From NCBI RefSeq assembly GCF_006345805.1, contig NC_042998.1:203918001-203982000 (forward strand): DNA of 64,000 nt, in the 5' to 3' direction. Source of the DNA: Octopus sinensis. Its lineage: Eukaryota. Positions 13,214-27,815 of this stretch are shown here, piece by piece. Each line of letters begins with the position of its first letter. Position 1 is the stretch's first letter. The notes beneath the pieces were generated by a model, which saw nothing but the letters and a program-made list of their open reading frames with translations, had not been told where the DNA came from and searched no databases. Made by a program: the position numbers and the translations under genes.

Positions 13214-15599
13214 ATGATATATTTTTCTCTACACAATCATACAAACTTGGATATATTTCTATGCATACTTATATATGCATACTTACACACACACACACGC
13301 ACACATACATATTTACATCCATACATGCATATATATTCATTGTTATGGTGGCTATGCGAGTAACGACAAACAACCACTTCTTTAGAAATCCCGCTGTTAT
13401 ATTCTCTCAATTCTTAGACATTTCACCAACGGGTTATAAACTTGAATGAAGCCGAAGGTTTTCTCATCCCTGCTCTTTATATGATCTCTTCCCTTGCTAG
13501 ACATAGATGCTAAAGAGAAATTAAGCAACATTGCATGATGGAAACTGCATCGGTCAATTGATCAACTGAACACGTGATTGAGGAATATTCAGTCTCGTGT
13601 ACCTCTCACGTGATTCTCACACCGATTTTGTGTAACACCACGTGTGTTACAGCTGGACTTCGAAGTTACATTCGACTGAGCTTCTGTTGACTGTATGGTA
13701 CTGACAAGAGTTGAATAGGCTCGAAGCTCTGATCAAAAGACACTTGCCCCAAAATACCAGGCTGTACGATCGAACCTGGTACCTCTTCATCAAAAAGCGA
13801 ACTCTTAAACGCTCTGCCGTACCTGCGTCTAAAACAGTTGATATCATTCTAGATACTTATTGCCTGAACAAAGTAGGGTGGCCATGCCGGGAAAGCTTTG
13901 ATCATAAATATTCTCAGACAGGACTGACCTAGGTTTAAACAAGTATAGAAGCTAGCAGTAAAAAGTTGACGCCGTTTCTCAGCCTGCTAGAAATAGTAGC
14001 CAGTACTCCGTCAAGCCCAACCCTAACACCTTAAAAATCGAAAATGAAGTCCTTGATATATTCTGCACAAAAAAAAGACGATTTGGCGAGCTGTCTCGAC
14101 TTACTTGGCCTAGGGTCAAACAGCAATAACAAGCGTACAGAAATATACACCGATAAAAAAAACAAACATCGGTAACATTCACAACAACAACAATAACAGC
14201 AATAACGCTGATAAACGCCAACAATAGCAGCGATATTAAACCCTAGGTCACAGGGTGGAGAGCTTCAGGTGATTACACAATATGCTAGAAATAACAGCCA
14301 AATTTTCCTAATCCCAACATTGCTGTCTCAATGAAAACTGAAACATTGGATTGTATAGTGCTGAGGTTCCTTGCATAGAGAAAACAGATGGGATGGGCGC
14401 GGCTGGAGCATTATTGATCATAGGTCTACTGAGTCAGGACTGGCCTGGGGCTAAACAATAGCAACACCCAGGAGCATAATCTCGATGTGGGGGGAGGCAA
14501 TGGAGTGGAGGGAAATGTACTTTCCTCTAAAACACCTGCTCTTACCACGACCCTTACAACTATCTTAAGTGTGTGTGCGTGTGTGTGTGCCTGTTCATTT
14601 GTGTCTGTGTATATACATGTGCGTGTGTGTGTTTGGGTGTGTGTGTGTGTGTGTGTGTTTGGGTGTGTGTGTGTGTTTGGGTGTGTGTGTGTGTGTGTGT
14701 AAAAGTGTATGTTCTAAAATCTTCATTGACGTCATTCACCTCCCTCGCTCTATAAAGTTAGATGTTGTCATGACAACCTACTTGACATACAAGAACTACT
14801 GCTGCTACTACTGTTGCTAACCCTGTTACTCCGCTTGTTGTTACTGTTGCTGCTGCTGCTGCTGCTGTAGTTATTCTTGCCATTCGACACTTTTAGCACC
14901 GTTACTTTGCTATACTTTTTCTTCAAAATTCTTCCCATTTTTGTTGCTAAAAATTTCTTCAGTTTTCCACCAATTTCTTCATCTTTTTTCCTTTCTTTCT
15001 CCCTTTTTCTCTTCATCTTTCTAATTAATTTCATTCGCTCTCTTTCATTTTTCTTGCTCTCATTCATTCCATCTTCGGTTTATTTTTATTTCGTATTTCT
15101 TAGTTTCTTTCTTTACTACTTCCGGTTTTACTTAATTTCTTATTCCAGCTTTTCTTTCCTTATTTCTTTAAAATTTTCCTTCTTTCTCTCAATCAGTCTC
15201 CCAGCATTTTATTTGGTTATTTTTCTTCCTAAACCAAACTTGTTGTTCTCTTTCTTTTTATCTTCGTATTCTCTTTCTTTCATTCTTTCTTTCTTTCTGT
15301 CTTTCTTCGTATTCTCTTTCTTTTCTTCATATTCCTCTTTTCCTTCACTCCGCCTTTTCCTACTACTATTCTTTTTCTCCGCATTCCCTCATCCCTTACT
15401 CATCGACAATGAAAGAAAAATATCAAAAATATCTTTAGGGAATACAATATATGTGTATTTGTATGCGTGCATGTGTGTGTCTATTATACATACATGCACG
15501 CACACATATATTTGCATTCATGTGATTCATGTGTGTACCAACTTTTACGACACGACGATTACGTAATTGGCTGGTCGGTCGGTCGGTCGGTCAGCCTAA

Positions 15600-16150
15600 G
15601 ACGGCTGCGGGTTTAAAGTTAACAAGATGACTCTGGAGATATAGATAGTATGGATCGCTGGTTGTTAGCTTGTATCGTAGGTGTTCCTTTTTGAATCCCA
15701 AGAGAAAAATTGGTCATTAAGCATCTTTTTAAAGCAGTTTTGGCCTACTTTATTTCTGTTTGTGTTAAATACCTTTTTATGTAATTCAGGACAGTTTGGG
15801 AAATGTTCCCCGATTAGACAGAGAAAAATATTTGCAACTGTGATTCACAAACCAATGTTGTAAGGTAGGTAGGATATACCATATAAAGTTACATTTCCAG
15901 GAGTTTTTAGTGCGATGGTTGCTTGATAATGTTTTTATTGGTCTCGGTTATGCGATAGTGTTTGTTTTACACTTGTACTTTGTGGCCATGTTCAAGATTT
16001 CTTCCTCGAAAGTTAACTCGTGCTTTTAACCGCTTCCAGATGTTCATTGAAACATGTTGGAAGACACACAGTGAACGACTGGTTCACATGTGGACGAGAA
16101 ATGATGTATTATTTGGCTTCTTGAGTGGCTCAGGTAATATCTTGTTCGGT
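15600..16150 (-). pseudogene. Highly degraded PLE ORF fragment (post-RT region)
   Basis: Pieces FEEEILNMATKY and TVANIFLCLIGEHFPNCPELHKKVFNTN resemble the PLE motif FLxLIxKHFP..LHKIFNRN. Confidence 0.55.
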
Positions 16151-16497
16151 TTATAAGAGGCATCCAGGAAATTTAGCGAAGCCAGACTCTCTTCGACCAT
16201 CTCTTATTAGCTCTTATAATTATCAGCTTTCTATGAGCGTTCACTGTTATGGAACATGTCAACTCTGTAGTCATAGACAATAATGCAACTTGAAAATGTC
16301 TGCCTTTCTTGGAGTAGGAACAAGACTGATGCTCGCCTGATTCGGTCTCAACAAGTCAACCCATGACAATGCTTAGCACAGAGCAACACACATTGCAACA
16401 GCTTTGCACCGCTTAGGAATATGTTACTTTCTACTGAGAGAGAGAGAGAGGGGGGAGAGAGAGAGAACTGTACATTTCATCCGTATATTACAAACAC

Positions 16498-16841
16498 GTG
16501 GAGGCGCAATGGCACAGTGGTTAGGGTAGAGGACTCTCGGTTGTAGTATCACGGTTTCGATTCCCAGACCGGGCATTGTGAGTGTTTATTGAGCGAAAAC
16601 ACCTAAAAGCTCCACGAGGCTCCAGCAAGGGATGGTGGCGATCCCTGCTGTACTCTTTCGCCACAACTTTCTCTTACTCTTTCTATTGTTGGCCACAACT
16701 TTCTATTACTCTTTCTATTGTTGGCCTGCTTGCTTAGCCAGCGGGGTGGCGTCATTTGAAGGCTAAAACAATGCAAAGTGCATTGTGACCAGCGATGTGT
16801 AGCAGCATCTGATAGCCTGGTCGGTCACGGTGATCACGGTG
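16498..16841 (+). mobile_element. Type R SINE, tail 2
   Basis: TSD ATTACAAACAC at 16487-16497 and 16842-16852. Confidence 0.9.
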
Positions 16842-17647
16842 ATTACAAACACATATATATGAATAAACTAATACATAAATATATATAATTGAATGGTATT
16901 ATGAATAAACGTTCCAATTTTTGTATTATTGGGTTCTACCACTGGATTTCCTCATGTTTTAAATATTTATGTTCGGTTTTGTGATAATTTGGGAATGTTA
17001 TAATGATAATTGTGACTAATTAGAGCTTCTATTCATTATACCCTTCAATTTTTTTTTGTTTCAGTGTTATCTGAGCAATTCCACTTGCAGTCCGATTTTT
17101 ATTTGTCGGTTTAACTAAATCATAAAATTACCTTCATATATATACACACATATACTCATATGAATGTATGCCTGTATGTATGTATGAATGTATGTATGTA
17201 TGTATGTTATTATGTATGTATGTATGTATGTATGTATGTATGTATGTATTTAAATATATGTATGTATACATAGGGAAAATTATTAGATATATATAAAAAA
17301 GGAATTATACATAATAAGGGAGCCTTTTTATAAAGACACCAGCTTTACTGAACATAGGAGTTAAAACACTACGAAACCACTAAGTTCGCGTTTTCTGTAT
17401 GTACCACACACACACACACAACACACACACACACACACACACACACACCACACACACACACACATATATTATATATACTATATATATATAATATATATAT
17501 CAAGATTAATCAGCCGAAATTGCGAGGATGCTCCGGTTCATGACTGAAGATTAGAGGCTTCGAATGACCCGTCCGTTTTTTGTGTCGTCTCTTTGGGTGT
17601 TTTGCGTTCTTGTCCCATTTTGTATTTTTATATATACATATACATAC

Positions 17648-17714
<67 letters not shown>

Positions 17715-17798
17715 ATGTATATATATATGTATGTATATGTATATATATATGTATGTATATGTATAATATATGTATGTATATGTATATATATATATATG

Positions 17799-17834
<36 letters not shown>

Positions 17835-17843
17835 CATACATAC

Positions 17844-17874
<31 letters not shown>

Positions 17875-18119
17875 GTGGTGTGTGTGTGTGTGTGTGGAGT
17901 GTGTGTGCGTGTGTGTGCGTGTGTGTCTGTGTCTTCAGTGTTACAAATAACACGGAAAAATAAATAAATAGTTACCAGGGTAGCAAAAATTCATACAAGT
18001 ACCAAGGATGTAACATCCTACTTATAAAGGTAGAAACTCCAGGTTTAGGTGAAATGTTTTGTATGATATAGATAAATAAATAAATGGAGTTAAACGCAGG
18101 TGCTATTCAAGTCTTTATA

Positions 18120-18220
18120 CTTCTGACATATGTTTCGAGAAAAACATTGGTATTATTCCGGAAGGAATAAAATGGTGTAAAACACTGGTGTTTAACAATG
18201 CAGTCTTCTCATCAGGGAAA
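18120..18220 (-). ncRNA. Type-I HHR with extended helix II, canonical core
   Basis: UUUCC-CUGAUGA-GAAGAC..CAUUG....CAAUG..UUCUC-GAA-ACAUAUGU-C-AGAAG; first pair of helix I is mismatched. Confidence 0.7.
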
Positions 18221-18877
18221 GAAAGAAATCAAACACATCAATAAAACATTTCAACAGAATGTGATAACTGCGTATATAATGAAGAGAACGCTAGCAAGTT
18301 TTCTAAAAAAAACCGTTAGTAGATACAGCGTCGACGGTATTTTATAGAAAAGGAATGAGGTGAAGGAAAGAAAGAAAGAAATTGGCAGAAAAGAAATAAT
18401 GGAGAGATATAGAGCGACAGGTGAATTAGAATAAAGCTTCAAGGCATGGCAGCAGATATATTTAGTGGAAGCGAAATGTAAGAAGACAGTCAAAGGTGGA
18501 ATTTCATAGAATGGTAGAAACCACTTATAGGAACTAAAGGTATGTCTTTTGCCAATGTTTGCAACGATAAACGCGTTCTACAAACGTGTTTACAAGGGGA
18601 TTCTCTGAGAATAGGATGAAGTACATCTCAGTGTTAGTATGTATGTATGTATTTATGTATGTATGTATGTACACATGTGTGCATGTATGTATGTAGGTAT
18701 GTACGCATGTGTGCATGTATGTATGTATGTATGTATGTATGTATGTATGAATGTATGTATGTATGTATGTATGTATATAACGGGAAGGTTTACGAAAATA
18801 AACAAAAGACGAAGGCAGGTGGAGTACAAACAAACAATGTATTAGTATATATATATATATAGATATATATATATACT

Positions 18878-19170
18878 GAGAGACCCCCTTTGATCAAGAC
18901 TGATCGTGGGATTGCACCTAGAAAGTTACCCTCCCAGGCACAAGTCTGGGCAAGGTTGTTTATGGAAGACCAGCAGTCGTCCATGCATACTGGCCTCCCC
19001 TCTCCACATCACCGATGTTATCCGAGGGAAAGGCAAAGGGGTCGATACAGTTTGGCACCTGTGACGTCGCAACTCAGTTCTACAGCTGAGGGAACTGGAG
19101 CAACGTGAAATAAAGTCTCTTGCTCACAATCTCATGGTCATAAGACCGACGCTCTAACGACTGAGCCATA
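18878..19170 (-). mobile_element. Type V SINE
   Basis: Head (TGGCTCAGTCGTTAGAGCG on minus), CORE-like block, and tail shared with 1500-1710. Confidence 0.8.
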
Positions 19171-19498
19171 CATAGAATCTGTATTTAAAAACTGTCGCTT
19201 CAACTCGGTGATTAAATATTATTATGATATATATATTATGATATATATACGGTTGTTATTATACTATGAGTCTTCCATTATAGCTTTGTTCATAAATATT
19301 ATATATAGCATTAGACAGTCTAAATATATATTTACTAAATTTGACTCAAATTGATGGGTGAGCATGTGGCCAATCGGATATGCAAGGGGACGTGTAAGTG
19401 TTGATGTGTGGGTTCGAGTCACCCTGAGGCTAGCTCATCATCTTTCGGTCATTTATTTAAAACTCGTTGCTTCAAATCGGAGACTAAATATCATTACG

Positions 19499-19555
<57 letters not shown>

Positions 19556-19576
19556 TTGTATGTATATATATATATC

Positions 19577-19768
19577 ATTCGCTATGATAGATCGGTAGCC
19601 ACTACACACATTTTTTCTCTCCTTGTTTCTTTCTGTGTTCCTTTCTGTGGAAGGGCGTAGGCACGAAACGTTAAAAACTTTTTCAATTCCCGAGCGTTAT
19701 ACTAATACATCTGTTTGTTTTCTACATCACCTGTCTTCGTCTTTTGCGTTTTTCGTAATTCTCCCAAT
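19577..19768 (+). mobile_element. F1 pLTR-like element with HHR 19641-19676 (CUGUGGA)
   Basis: CUUU-CUGUGGA-A-GGGC(GUAG)GCAC-GAA-ACGU-U-AAAA. Confidence 0.72.
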
Positions 19769-19787
19769 ATATATATATATATATATA

Positions 19788-19979
19788 GTTGAAATTTATA
19801 GAGAAACAAAAGACAAAGGCAGGTGTATGAATAAGAAGCAAGTGTATTAGTTTGACGCTCGGGAAAGTGAGAAAGTCTTTTACATTTCACGCCAACGCCC
19901 TTCAACAGAAAGGAAAAGAGGAAATAAAGAGAGAGATAATAAAAAAAACTTGTGGATTTAGTGATCAATTATGGCGACT
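19788..19979 (-). mobile_element. F1 pLTR-like element with degenerate HHR 19877-19912 (CUGUUGA)
   Basis: Tail-to-tail with the previous copy across a (TA)n tract; diverged from it. Confidence 0.68.
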
Positions 19980-20056
19980 CATATATATATACGATTATAT
20001 ATATATATATATTAATATATATATATCTAATATATATATATAATATATATATATAT

Positions 20057-20102
<46 letters not shown>

Positions 20103-21689
20103 ATATATATATATATATATATAATTATATATATATATATATAAATATAGGTTTCCAACGAACTACATGTATGTATTATATATAATATATATATATATGT
20201 AGTTCGTTTTCTAAGTGTCAATTCCATGCCCAGTTCAGTAATAAATGAAGCAGCTGTCAGATAATATCCCTTGGTGGGTGAAACACAATCGAGGAATATT
20301 CAGTTGTGACATGTAGATGGGTCAGAATAGTTAAACAACAAATGAGGCAACTCCATTGAGGGAACAGTTTAAATGTAACGTATCGGGAGGATATCAAATT
20401 CACCACATTTCTGTTTTAAAGAACAATGAACATTACCTGTAAAAAAAATAACAGTTATATGTTCAGCGCAAATTTTCTCGAAACTAAATGCGAAAGACCT
20501 CACCTTTACGCGACACACATAGTAACATTGTTTAGCAATACCTTTATATAAAATAACACATTTAAATCTCAAAACGTCTGCAACACATGAAAACGACAAT
20601 GGACTAATTTAACTGAATCGATTTTAACTGATTTATTTTTACTGGCGGATTTATCTATTAATAGTGTTTCATCTTCTTGGCTGTAATCGTTTATCAATAT
20701 TTCAATACAACTCCAATGAATTTTGATACCTCTGTGCGTGTACGGGTAGGAGAGAGAAAGAGGGTGTGTGTGTGCGCGCGCGTGTGAGTATACGTGTGTG
20801 CTAAAATATGGTTACACGTAAATATTGGTTTCACGCTTTGGTACAGGGCCAGTAATTTCGGGGGTGGGGTGGGGGTGAAAGTCGATTGCATCGACTCATT
20901 GCTCAACTGGTACTTATTTTATCGATCCCGAAAGGATGAAAGGCAAGGTCAAGCCTGGTGGAATTTGAACATCGAACGCAAATCCAGGAAGTGATCGACA
21001 TATACACGCATGTATGCATGCATGCTTCTGTACGTACATGTCGCAGGTAGACAATTCAGTGCTCTGGATACGTTAGTATCCGGGGCTATGTCTACAGGCA
21101 CATGCTTCTTTAAACATAACAAAAGGCAGTTTGCAACCTGCAGAGAGCTGAGTGGTCTGACCTGCGACAAAGAATATTTAATTTTAGCAAGGGAATAGCG
21201 GCGTCGACATTGTTGATTGGTATAAAACTTAATCTTCTGCTATCGAAACATTCCAGACCTCATCGAAGAACAGGAGAAAACTGCAAAAAAAAATGCTAGA
21301 AATAGCAGTTTATTCGCCTCAGAAAAGGGCAAATGATACAATGTTTTTGTTTGCCGAAAGGGAACAAGTGTGATGGTCAGTGTTCAAACGTCATTCACCG
21401 TTCTATCGCAGCTGACTTCGGATTAAATAACGGCCTCAGTATAGACTACACATGCAACACATAACAGAGCATTAAACAATGAACGGGATGCTCCAGGATG
21501 GCCTGGACCGTGATGGGTCAACCACTACATTAAATGTCCAATATTCATATATCGTCTTCAGAGTTCCCTTTTGCTCAGCCCCAGATCGACCCTGATTGAG
21601 CAGACATTAGACCAAAGAACTGATTGGCACTGGTTTTCCTTCAATGTAGAATGCAGCCAAGAAACACAATTCCTTCCTTTTGTTTTACA

Positions 21690-22322
21690 GTACTTTTATC
21701 TTTTATTCTTTCACTTGTTTCAGTCATTAGACTGCGGCCATGCTGGGGCACCGCCTTCAAGAACTTTCAGCCAAACGAATCGACTCCAGTACTTTTCTTT
21801 TTCTTTATTGTAAAGTTTGTACTTATTCTATTGATCACTTTTGCTGAACCGTTAGGTTGTGGAGACGAAAGGAGTTTGCTTCCCAACCACATAGTTCCGG
21901 GTTCCGTCCCACTATGCGGCACCTTGAGTAAGTGTCTTCTACTATAACCCCGGGCCGACTAAAGCCTTGTGAATGGATTTGGTAGACGGAAACTGAAAGA
22001 AGCCCGTCGTAATACATACATGCATACATACACACGTGTGCGCGCTGCGTATTTGTGTGTGTCTCTTTCAGACTCTCCCGTCGGTTCCGACATATGGCCA
22101 CCCGACAGCCTTTCTCTTTCTTTGTCAGTCACAATGCATATGTCGAATGTATACATTACTACGGGCTTCTTTCTGTTTCCATCTACGGAATCTGCTCACA
22201 AAGCTTAGGTCGGCCTGAGGCTACAGTAGAAGATACTTGCCCAAGGTGACATGCAGTAGGACTGAACCCGGAGCCATGTGGTTGGGAGGCAAATTCTTAC
22301 AGCACAGCCACCCATGCGCCTG
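21690..22322. mobile_element. Cluster of type K SINE fragments in both orientations
   Basis: Tail (-) 21690-21865, head (+) 21870-22012, head (-) 22160-22322. Confidence 0.78.
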
Positions 22323-22524
22323 TATAACTTGTATTTGGGGGAGAATAGACTGTTACTTCTTGTAGGCCAGTCGAACCCCTACAAGCTGCCTCTTTAGGTC
22401 ATTATGCTTGTAGAGATAAACACGTTGCAGCTACGTTGGAAATGCGGTTTGCTGTCGTTTTATTCTAAACTCGCACGAGGAGGAACTCATGAGCAAGATG
22501 GCGGCACAGCCGTTAAGAAATTAT

Positions 22525-22758
22525 TCTCTTTACTCTTTTACTCCTTTACATGTTTCAGTCATTTGACTGCGGCCATGCTGGAGCACCGCCTTTAGTCGAG
22601 CAAATCGACCCCGGGACTTATTCTTTGTAAGCCCAGTACTTATTATATCGTCCCTTTTGCCGAACCGCTAAGTGACGGGGACATAAACACACGAGCATCG
22701 GTTGTCAAGCGATGTTGGGGAAACAAACACAGACACACAAACACATACACATACATAC

Positions 22759-22791
<33 letters not shown>

Positions 22792-22955
22792 CGACAGGCT
22801 TCTTTCAGTTTCCGTCTACCAAATCCACTCACAAGGCATTGGTCGGCCCGGGGCTATAGCAGAAGACACTTGCCCAAGATGCCACGCAGTGGGACTGAAC
22901 CCGGAACCATGTGGTTGGTTAGCAAGCTACTTACCACATAGCCACTCCTGCGCCT
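22525..22955 (-). mobile_element. Type K SINE, full length
   Basis: Nearly identical to 34030-34452. Confidence 0.9.
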
Positions 22956-23087
22956 ATTCATTTATAAACACAACACAACATGAGCATTTCGGAAATATTC
23001 ACTGTACTGAACGACATTCGTACATTCATACAGAGTATTGGGTCGGAAGATATGCACTCTTTAGTCCCGGACAGCAAGGTGTGGTTT

Positions 23088-23158
23088 CGAATTGACTGCG
23101 CAGTTTCGAGTTCATAGACGCACCTGTCGGTTTTGCGTTGAACATTTTTCAATATTTG
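23088..23158 (-). ncRNA. Degenerate HHR, U3-A8 core
   Basis: CAAAUA-UUGAAAA-AUGUUC.ACGCA...UGCGU.GAACUC-GAA-ACUGCGCAGU-C-AAUUCG; 10-nt palindrome; helix I imperfect. Confidence 0.5.
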
Positions 23159-23802
23159 TGATGTGTAGGTGTTTTGTTATAGAAATACGCAATATATACG
23201 CACAGAGGCGCCATACACACACGCACACATAGACACACACGCGTACACACTCGCACACACAGACACTCACACGCATACCCACAGGAGGGAATGTAGAAGA
23301 AAACGGATTGTGAGGAAATAAGAGATAACCGGAAGTATAAGCGGTTTTATAAGTTGTAAATGTTGTAAATCTGTGAGATGTTAAAGTATTATTTATCTGC
23401 CTGGGTGAGATTATCGATAATCTGTTTTTTTAATAAACACGGATATATACAAAAGAAAGAAAGTTAGTTCGGTGCAGGCGTGTGGCAGCTTGGGAGAGAG
23501 TCTTTTAATACATCCTCTGATTAAGATGGAATTTGGTAAACAGGAACAGTACCGAAGCCCGGCCTCTATGTGTGTGTGTGGGGGGGGTCTGTGTGTATGT
23601 GTGTGTGTGTGTACACATATACTTATATATGTGTATATAAATAATTATACATACACGTATATAGGCGCAGGAGTTTCTTGGCTGTATTCTATATTCTACA
23701 GGAGTGGCTGTGTGGTAAGTAGTTTGCTTTCCAACCACATGGTACCGGGTTCAGTCCCACTGCGTGGCACCTTTGGCAAATGTTTTCTCCTATAGCTAAT
23801 AT

Positions 23803-24548
23803 ATATAAAATTAAATAAGGGTAGAAATTGATATTAATCAATTAAAAACCAGTGGCTTGGCATATTTTAACAAATCCGAAGATTAGATATTGTACTACAT
23901 GCAAAATATAGAGGACTGACCACTAAAAGTGGACAGTCTATATGCTAAACATAGACGACAAATAGCCATTACCACGAAGAATGTGTTCTCAAAAAAAATC
24001 TCAGCAATAAACCAAAATGTAAAAATAAGCAAGACAAATGAAAATATACGAAATAAAAAACAATTACCTATGTACCATTGGTTTCACTTGTTAATATTTA
24101 CGTATATGGATATGTAAACATCTGCAAGATCATCAGCATAGTCTGTCGTTTACAAAACACAATTTCCAGAACTAGACACAGAACGCTCAACCGAAATCCA
24201 ACATGTATAAAGTTCTACAGCTTATATTTAGATGTATCCTTTCAAATGCCCTCACTTTGGCGCGCTGAGACTGGAAACTACTCTGCAGTTAATGAACTAC
24301 AGCAGTAAATTTACCGGTTAGAGAACATTTCTTATATAAAATTAAATAAGGGTAAAAATTGATATTAATCAATTAAAAACCAGTGGCTTAGCATATTTTT
24401 AAAAAATCCGAAGATTAAATATTGTGCTACAGACAAAATTTAGAGGACTGACCACTAGTTGAGAACACATTCTTCGTGGTAATGGCGATTTGACGTCTAT
24501 GTTTAGCATATATGCTGTCCACTTTTAGTGGTCAGTCCTCTAAATTTG
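23803..24548 (-). mobile_element. pLTR-like element with partial direct repeat plus an inverted segment
   Basis: 23803-23925 is repeated at 24335-24457; 24459-24548 is the inverse of about 23905-23992; HHR at 24068-24141. Confidence 0.75.
24068..24141 (-). ncRNA. Type-I HHR with extended helix II, canonical core
   Basis: CUAUG-CUGAUGA-U-CUUG..AUGUUUAC....GUAAAUAU..CAAG-U-GAA-ACCAAUGGU-A-CAUAG; perfect 5-bp helix I. Confidence 0.85.
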
Positions 24549-26480
24549 TATGAGAAAGGAAGAGGTGATAGATGAACAAAGAAGGAAAGGGTGATAGCAA
24601 ACTGGTGGGATGGCGAACATTAAACGCTGAAAAGAAAAATCAAACAGCGTTTCAACTGGAAGTATGTGAACGTATATGAACATTGACAAATGTATTAATA
24701 TGATTTACCATCCATATTTATATATAAAATACTACAATTAGCCATCATTTTTGACGGCACGGCGTCATCTAGTAATTACATAAAACATTTTGACGCATGC
24801 ATATAAAGCACTTTTTATGTTTTTGTGATACGGGAAGGCGATACCAATAGGTTTCTAAAGGACCTTCAAGGCAATCAGGAAGTTATCCTGAAAACTGGAG
24901 ACTTGGCCTTAATGATTGCTACATAGTGAGGTCCACAAAAAATATCCTCCACCCCAGGTAGCAGTAATAAACTGAGTGACAAATTAGGTAAATACTCTCG
25001 AACGCATGCCGGCGTACGTTTGCGTGTGTATGTATGCATACGCACTCATTACAAAGATACGTATGTTTATATTTGTGTGTGCACGTGCACGTATACATAC
25101 GTGTAAGAATATATAAAAGCACATGTGTATGTAGATCGAGAAATAATTAAAAACCTCTGAATGGAAGCTGGAAACTACCGAACGATAATCAAATAAGGGG
25201 CACGATAACCAGAACGGCGCCATTAACAACCAAAACACCTCGGCCAGTTACAACCACACGATTACGAAATAAACAGGATATGAGAAACACTTTAACCGGT
25301 TCCTACTGAATAGCAACAAAAAGAAAATCAGGCTTTCAAATATGATTTTATGCAACAATAAATTAACAGATTATTAAAGATGTGAACCGACAACAAAAAC
25401 AGAAAAATAAAAAAGAACAGGATATCAGAAAGAAGAAAGGAAACGAAAACGTAAAAGCGACGAATTAGTAAATGATATGACAACGGCGGAGCAAGCGGAT
25501 ATAGGCAGCCATAGCTGTTGGTTAAATGTCGTTTGAAATGGAAAAGGAAGACAAATCAAATGTATGTATGTATGTATGTATGTATCTATGTATGTATGTA
25601 TGTATGTATGTATGTATGTATGTATGTATGTATGTATTATGTATGTATGTATGTATATATGTATGTATGTACATACGTACGTTCATATACATATGTGTAT
25701 GTGTGTGTGAGTGTGTATATATATATATTTATATATATATACAGGACTCGAAATCACAGTCTTACGATCATGGGTGTGACACCCTAACCACTAAACCAAT
25801 CGCGTCAATTTATTCCTACATACGTAATAGACACCCATATGCGCATATGCACACACACACATCCATATATCTATGCATATAAATTTGACATGGGCGATTC
25901 TGTTTTGTCTTAGGATTCACGGGAAATGGCTGATGGAATTGCGAGAAAAATTACACATGTGTAGAATGATCCGGTGGTGTTGCTGGGCTTTGTATTTTTT
26001 CCATAGCTCCCATGGTTATCGAGATAATCTACTATAATAATACTCCTGAGCTTATGAATGAGAAAGGAAAGGGTGACAGAGGAATAAGGAAGGAAGGGGT
26101 GATGTCATACTTGGTAGTGGGATGATGGAAGTTATACGCTACAAAAATAAATCAAGCAACGTTTCAACTCTGTGTGAATATATGTGTGTGTATGTAAAAG
26201 GTGGGTATGTGAATGTGTGTGTGCATGTGTGTGCGCGCGCAGTGGAAGTGGGATGGTTCATCTTTGTTTGCTTATTATTTGGGTTTATTTTTTGATTTGA
26301 TTGAATCTTGGTTGTTTTTTTTTTTGTAGGGTCAATTATATTTAGCGTTTTGACAGAAAAATGTCATTCCAAAATTGTCTTTTGACGTAAGCATGCCCAA
26401 ACAAGTCGAATGTTTACACAGAACAGGTTTTACTGCCACATCATCCAAAACCGACCGAATGAAACCGGGCTTAGCTGCTA

Positions 26481-26576
<96 letters not shown>

Positions 26577-26757
26577 GTGTGTGTGTGTGTGTGTATGTAT
26601 AATGGAGAAATTATATAAATTGTATAAGTAGATGATGAGTAAAGCATGGTCACAGTTTCGATTCCCTGTTGTTATCCGTAGATTTATTGCAGGAACTTCC
26701 AAGTGGCGGTTGAGGTAACAGTATTGATAAAATAGATAGAATAAAAGATTTTATTGA

Positions 26758-26797
26758 GTACGACACGTTTCCACCCGTTCTGGGTTTCTTCGGGTAC
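26758..26797 (-). ncRNA. Minimal HHR, U4C core variant
   Basis: GUAC-CCGAAGA-A-ACCC(AGAAC)GGGU-G-GAA-ACGUGU-C-GUAC; helix III self-complementary with G-U pairs. Confidence 0.7.
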
Positions 26798-27108
26798 ATA
26801 AGTAAATAAACAAAAGTACAAAGTCTCACTAGAGATTTTCTCATTCGTTTTTACGTACCGCTATAAGTCCATCAACTTTGGGAATGAGTAAAAGCAGAGA
26901 AAAATTGAAACACGAAAACTTCAAATACAAACGTGAAAATTATAAATCCTAGTGTAGGGAAAATGGCGTAATGAACCATCGCTGATTGTAAACTGTTAAG
27001 AGAAAGAAAAGGAAGTAGAAGTTGGAAGGAAGAGGATACTTTGACGAAAACTTTTTTTGCATTCGTGCTTAGACGCACATATACATGCAGATACATACAT
27101 ACATATAC

Positions 27109-27149
<41 letters not shown>

Positions 27150-27155
<6 letters not shown>

Positions 27156-27304
27156 ACACGCTAGGAGGGACTTTCAAAGTCATTACTACCAAAAATAAAC
27201 CTCTCATGAGGTTTTTCACGCTAACTACCTGATAATTTCTTGTTAAGATTTCTTATTAAGATTTTATCCTTAATTGTTAAATTTATATATATATATATAT
27301 ATAT

Positions 27305-27339
<35 letters not shown>

Positions 27340-27431
27340 CGCATTCTAAATACGCACTCACACATGCACATCTAAGTATATGGGTATATACATACAACTA
27401 ATTACACGCGCATACGCGCACGTATGGACGA

Positions 27432-27466
<35 letters not shown>

Positions 27467-27593
27467 ACACGCTAGGAGGGACTTTCAAAGTCATTACTAC
27501 CAAAATAAAACTCTCATGAGGTTTTTCACGCTAACTACCTGATAATTTCTTGTTAAGATTTCTTATTAAGATTTTATCCTTAATTGTTAAATT

Positions 27594-27633
<40 letters not shown>

Positions 27634-27742
27634 ATACGCATTTTAAATACGCACTCCACATGCACATCTAAGTATATGGGTATATACATACAACTAATTA
27701 CACGCGCATTACGCGCACGTATGACGAGATACATTATAATAT

Positions 27743-27745
<3 letters not shown>
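27150..27745. repeat. Tandem duplication of an approximately 310-bp unit
   Basis: ATGCCACACGCTAGGAGGGACTTTCAAAG... at about 27151 and 27462; units differ mainly in microsatellite length. Confidence 0.9.
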
Positions 27746-27794
<49 letters not shown>

Positions 27795-27815
27795 TAATAT
27801 ATATATATATATATA

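Noticed and set aside
14764-14777. Single perfect palindrome GTTGTCATGACAAC (X-box-like)
   Set aside because: Isolated motif with no supporting promoter context.
16498-16575. tRNA genes at SINE heads
   Set aside because: A/B boxes continue into SINE bodies with TSDs; no complete cloverleaf.
17340-17392. HHR-like CUGAACA..GAAACCACUA; similar weak strings at about 26645-26705, 41910-41960 and 63385-63430
   Set aside because: 3-8 mismatch or unrecognisable core and weak helices; cannot be told from chance by eye.
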